Shown: positions 25,497 through 28,706 of the stretch, piece by piece | Numbering within the stretch: position 1 is the stretch's first letter | How the letters are laid out: each line of letters begins with the position of its first letter | Source of the DNA: Tubiluchus corallicola | Lineage: Eukaryota > Animalia > Priapulida | Assembly (NCBI GenBank): GCA_030141605.1 | Contig: JAQGDQ010001701.1 | Location: 1-28,706, forward strand | Direction: 5' to 3' | DNA length: 28,706 nt | Notes under the pieces: model-generated | Databases searched by the model: none | What the model was told of the DNA's origin: nothing | The model's input: the letters and a program-made list of their open reading frames with translations, nothing else | Made by a program: the position numbers and the translations under genes

Positions 25497-26079
25497 GTGA
25501 GTAGAGATTTATGTGAGTAGGTTAGATTTGAGTAGAGATTTTTGTGAGCAGGTGAGTAGGTTAGAGGTGAGTAGGAATTTATGTACTTCAGTTGCAAGAC
25601 GGGATCCAGCACCTGATGGTAAGGTCTGCTTGATGTTTGTATTTGTAGCAAGACCAGAACTTAGCTCACTATCGTAGATTACCGTCTATCACGAGCCACT
25701 GAACCAGCGGGGTCTTTCCCATGTTCAGATGTGAAAGATTGCTTCATTAGTGATGGTGAATGGCAATTGAAACTACCATTGCAAATATTGCAAGCTATTA
25801 ACTGATCAGCTTCAATTTTGCTTAAATTCTATCACAAAGCGCATATCGTGACCTTTCAGCCTTTTATCACTTAACCTCTGTAGTCAAACTAAAGTAGTAC
25901 TCACACTATGGTAGTATTCACACTATATCAAATAACAAAACGTACAAATGTTTATGTGTAAACTGTCTATTTTTTCATTAAACATGAACTTTGCATTTTT
26001 TCAATGTTCTTGCCGATGTTCTTCAATTTTGTATTTGTTCATATAGATGTTTTACATTTTCTTTAGTTTGCTATTTCAC

Positions 26080-28706
26080 ACCTGTGTAGACAACATTGCC
26101 TCTGTTTTTAGTTTGTTTTACCTGTGCAGGTAAATCACTTGTGTAGACAACTTTGTCTCTGTTTTTAGTTTGTTTTACCTGTGCAGGTAAATCACTTGTG
26201 TAGACAATTTTGCCACTGTTTTTAGTTTGTTTTACCTGTGCAGGTAAATCACCTGTGCAGACAATTTTGCCACTGTTTTTAGTTTGTTTTACCTGTGCAG
26301 GTAAATCACTTGTGTAGACAACTTTGCCACTGTTTTTAGTTTGTTTTACCTGTGCAGGTAAATCACTTGTGTAGACAACTTTGTCTCTGTTTTTAGTTTG
26401 TTTTACCTGTGCAGGTAAATCACTTGTGTAGACAATTTTGCCACTGTTTTTAGTTTGTTTTACCTGTGCAGGTAAATCACCTGTGCAGACAATTTTGCCA
26501 CTGTTTTTAGTTTGTTTTACCTGTGCAGGTAAATCACTTGTGTAGACAACTTTGCCACTGTTTTTAGTTTGTTTTACCTGTGCAGGTAAATCACTTGTGT
26601 AGACAACTTTGCCACTGTTTTTAGTTTGTTTTACCTGTGCAGGTAAATCATTGTGTAGACAACTTTGCCTCTGTTTTAATTTTTTTACCTGTGCAGGTAA
26701 ATCACTTGTGTAGACAACTTTGCCACTGTTTTTAATTTTTTTACCTTTGCAGGTAAATCACTTGTGTAGACAACTTTGTCTCTGTTTTTAGTTTGTTTTA
26801 CCTGTGCAGGTAAATCACTTGTGCAGACAACTTTGCCTCTGTTTTTAATTTTTTTACCTGTGCAGGTAAATCACTTGTGTAGACAACTTTGCCACTGTTT
26901 TTAGTTTGTTTTACCTGTGCAGGTAAATCACTTGTGTAGACAACTTTGCCACTGTTTTTAGTTTGTTTTACCTGTGCAGGTAAATCACTTGTGTAGACAA
27001 CTTTGCCTCTGTTTTTAATTTTTTTACCTGTGCAGGTAAATCACTTGTGTAGACAACTTTGCCACTGTTTTTAATTTTTTTACCTGTGCAGGTAAATCAC
27101 TTGTGTAGACAACTTTGCCACTGTTTTTAGTTTGTTTTACCTGTGCAGGTAAATCACTTGTGTAGACAACTTTGCCTCTGTTTTTAATTTTTTTACCTGT
27201 GCAGGTAAATCACTTGTGTAGACAACTTTGCCTCTGTTTTTAGTTTGTTTTACCTGTGCAGATAAATCACTTGTGTAGACAACTTTGCCACTGTTTTTAG
27301 TTTTTTTACCTGTGCAGGTAAATCACTTGTGTAGACAACTTTGCCACTGTTTTTAGTTTGTTTTACCTGTGCAGGTAAATCACTTGTATAGACAACTTTG
27401 CCTCTGTTTTTAATTTTTTTACCTGTGCAGGTAAATCACTTGTGTAGACAACTTTGCCTCTGTTTTTAATTTTTTTACCTGTGCAGGTAAATCACTTGTG
27501 TAGACAACTTTGCCACTGTTTTTAGTTTGTTTTACCTGTGCAGGTAAATCACTTGTGTAGACAACTTTGCCTCTGTTTTTAATTTTTTTACCTGTGCAGG
27601 TAAATCACTTGTGTAGACAACTTTGCCTCTGTTTTTAGTTTGTTTTACCTGTGCAGATAAATCACTTGTGTAGACAACTTTGCCACTGTTTGTAATTTTT
27701 TTACCTGTGCAGGTAAATCACTTGTGTAGGCAACTTTGTCTCTGCTTTTAATTTTTTTACCTGTGCAGGTAAATCACTTATGTAGACAACTTTGCTCTGT
27801 TTGTAATTTTTTTACCTGTGCAGGTAAATCACTTGTGCAGACAACTTTGTCTCTGTTTTTCATTTTTTTACCTGTGCAGGTAAATCACTTGTGCAGACAA
27901 CTTTGTCTCTGTTTTTCATTTTTTTACCTGTGCAGGTAAATCACTTGTGCAGACAACTTTGTCTCTGTTTTTAATTTTTTTACCTGTGCAGGTAAATCAC
28001 TTGTGTAGACAACTTTGTCTCTGTTTTTAATTGTCTCTGTTTTTAATTTTTTTACCTTTGCAGGTAAATCACTTATGTAGACAACTTTGCCTCTGTTTTT
28101 AATTTTTTTTTTACCTGTGCAGGTAAATCACTTGTGCAGACAACTTTGCCACTGTTTTTAATTTTTTTACCTGTGCAGGTAAATCACTTGTGCAGACAAC
28201 TTTGCCTCTGTTTTTCATTTTTTTTACCTGTGCAGGTAAATCACCTGTGTAAACAACTTTGTCACTGTTTTTATTTTTTTTTACCTGTGCAGGTAAATCA
28301 CTTGTGTAGACAACTTTGCCTCTGTTTTTAATTTTTTTTACCTGTGCAGGTAAATCACTTGTGTAGACAACTTTGCCTCTGTTTTTAATTTTTTTTTACC
28401 TGTGCAGGTAAATCACTTGTGTAGACAACTTTGCCTCTGTTTTTAATTTTTTTTTACCTGTGCAGGTAAATCACTTGTGCAGACAACTTTGCCTCTGTTT
28501 TTCATTTTTTTTTTACCTGTGCAGGTAAATCACCTGTGTAGACAACTTTGTCACTGTTTTTATTTTTTTTACCTGTGCAGGTAAATCACTTGTGTAGACA
28601 ACTTTGCCACTGTTTTTAATTTTTTTTTTACCTGTGCAGGTAAATCACTTGTGTAGACAATTTTGCCACTGTTTTTAATTTTTTTTACCTGTGCAGGTAA
28701 ATCACT
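26080..28706. repeat. ~56-59 bp minisatellite, ~46 copies, containing poly-T...CTGTGCAG|GTAAATCAC
   Basis: Direct tandem periodicity; runs to the window end. Confidence 0.97.

Larger units (their letters stand above)
16696..28706 (+). repeat. Right arm of the inverted duplication
   Basis: Reverse complement of 1-13516. The window start (aagtgatttacctgcac) and end (gtgcaggtaaatcact) are mirror positions to within 1 nt. Confidence 0.97.

Noticed and set aside
1-28706. Single-molecule fold-back sequencing artefact
   Set aside because: Arms differ by synonymous SNPs, kb-scale indels and repeat counts, and there is a 3.2 kb unique spacer. A haplotype misjoin is not excluded.
1-28706. Giant foldback or Polinton-like transposon with long TIRs
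   Set aside because: No transposase, integrase or polymerase in the spacer; the arms are ordinary host gene introns and exons; the termini are not visible.

Overview
AT-rich eukaryotic DNA, probably from an invertebrate animal, with spliceosomal GT-AG introns. The whole window is one large imperfect inverted duplication: ~1-13516 is the reverse complement of ~16696-28706, around a unique ~3.2 kb spacer. On the + strand, eight phase-compatible exons (14782-25496) splice into about 350 codons of a TTLL6/TTLL13-family tubulin polyglutamylase, and the gene runs off the right end. The left arm carries intact minus-strand copies of the last five exons only; the first three exist once, in the spacer. 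The arms differ by intronic SNPs, indels, repeat copy number and a ~1.25 kb segment, but I saw only 3 exonic differences, all synonymous. The introns are full of mini- and microsatellites, several built from splice junctions: the terminal ~57-bp satellite looks like the amplified acceptor plus first codons (V-N-H) of the next exon, donor sites are tandemly repeated after three exons, and two arrays consist of AG|GT motifs. A tRNA-derived SINE, a piggyBac-type MITE, a TA-flanked MITE and a probable LINE 3' fragment are also present. Long ORFs in the supplied track are mostly repeat artefacts. The sequence alone cannot distinguish a real genomic palindrome from two haplotypes joined by the assembler.
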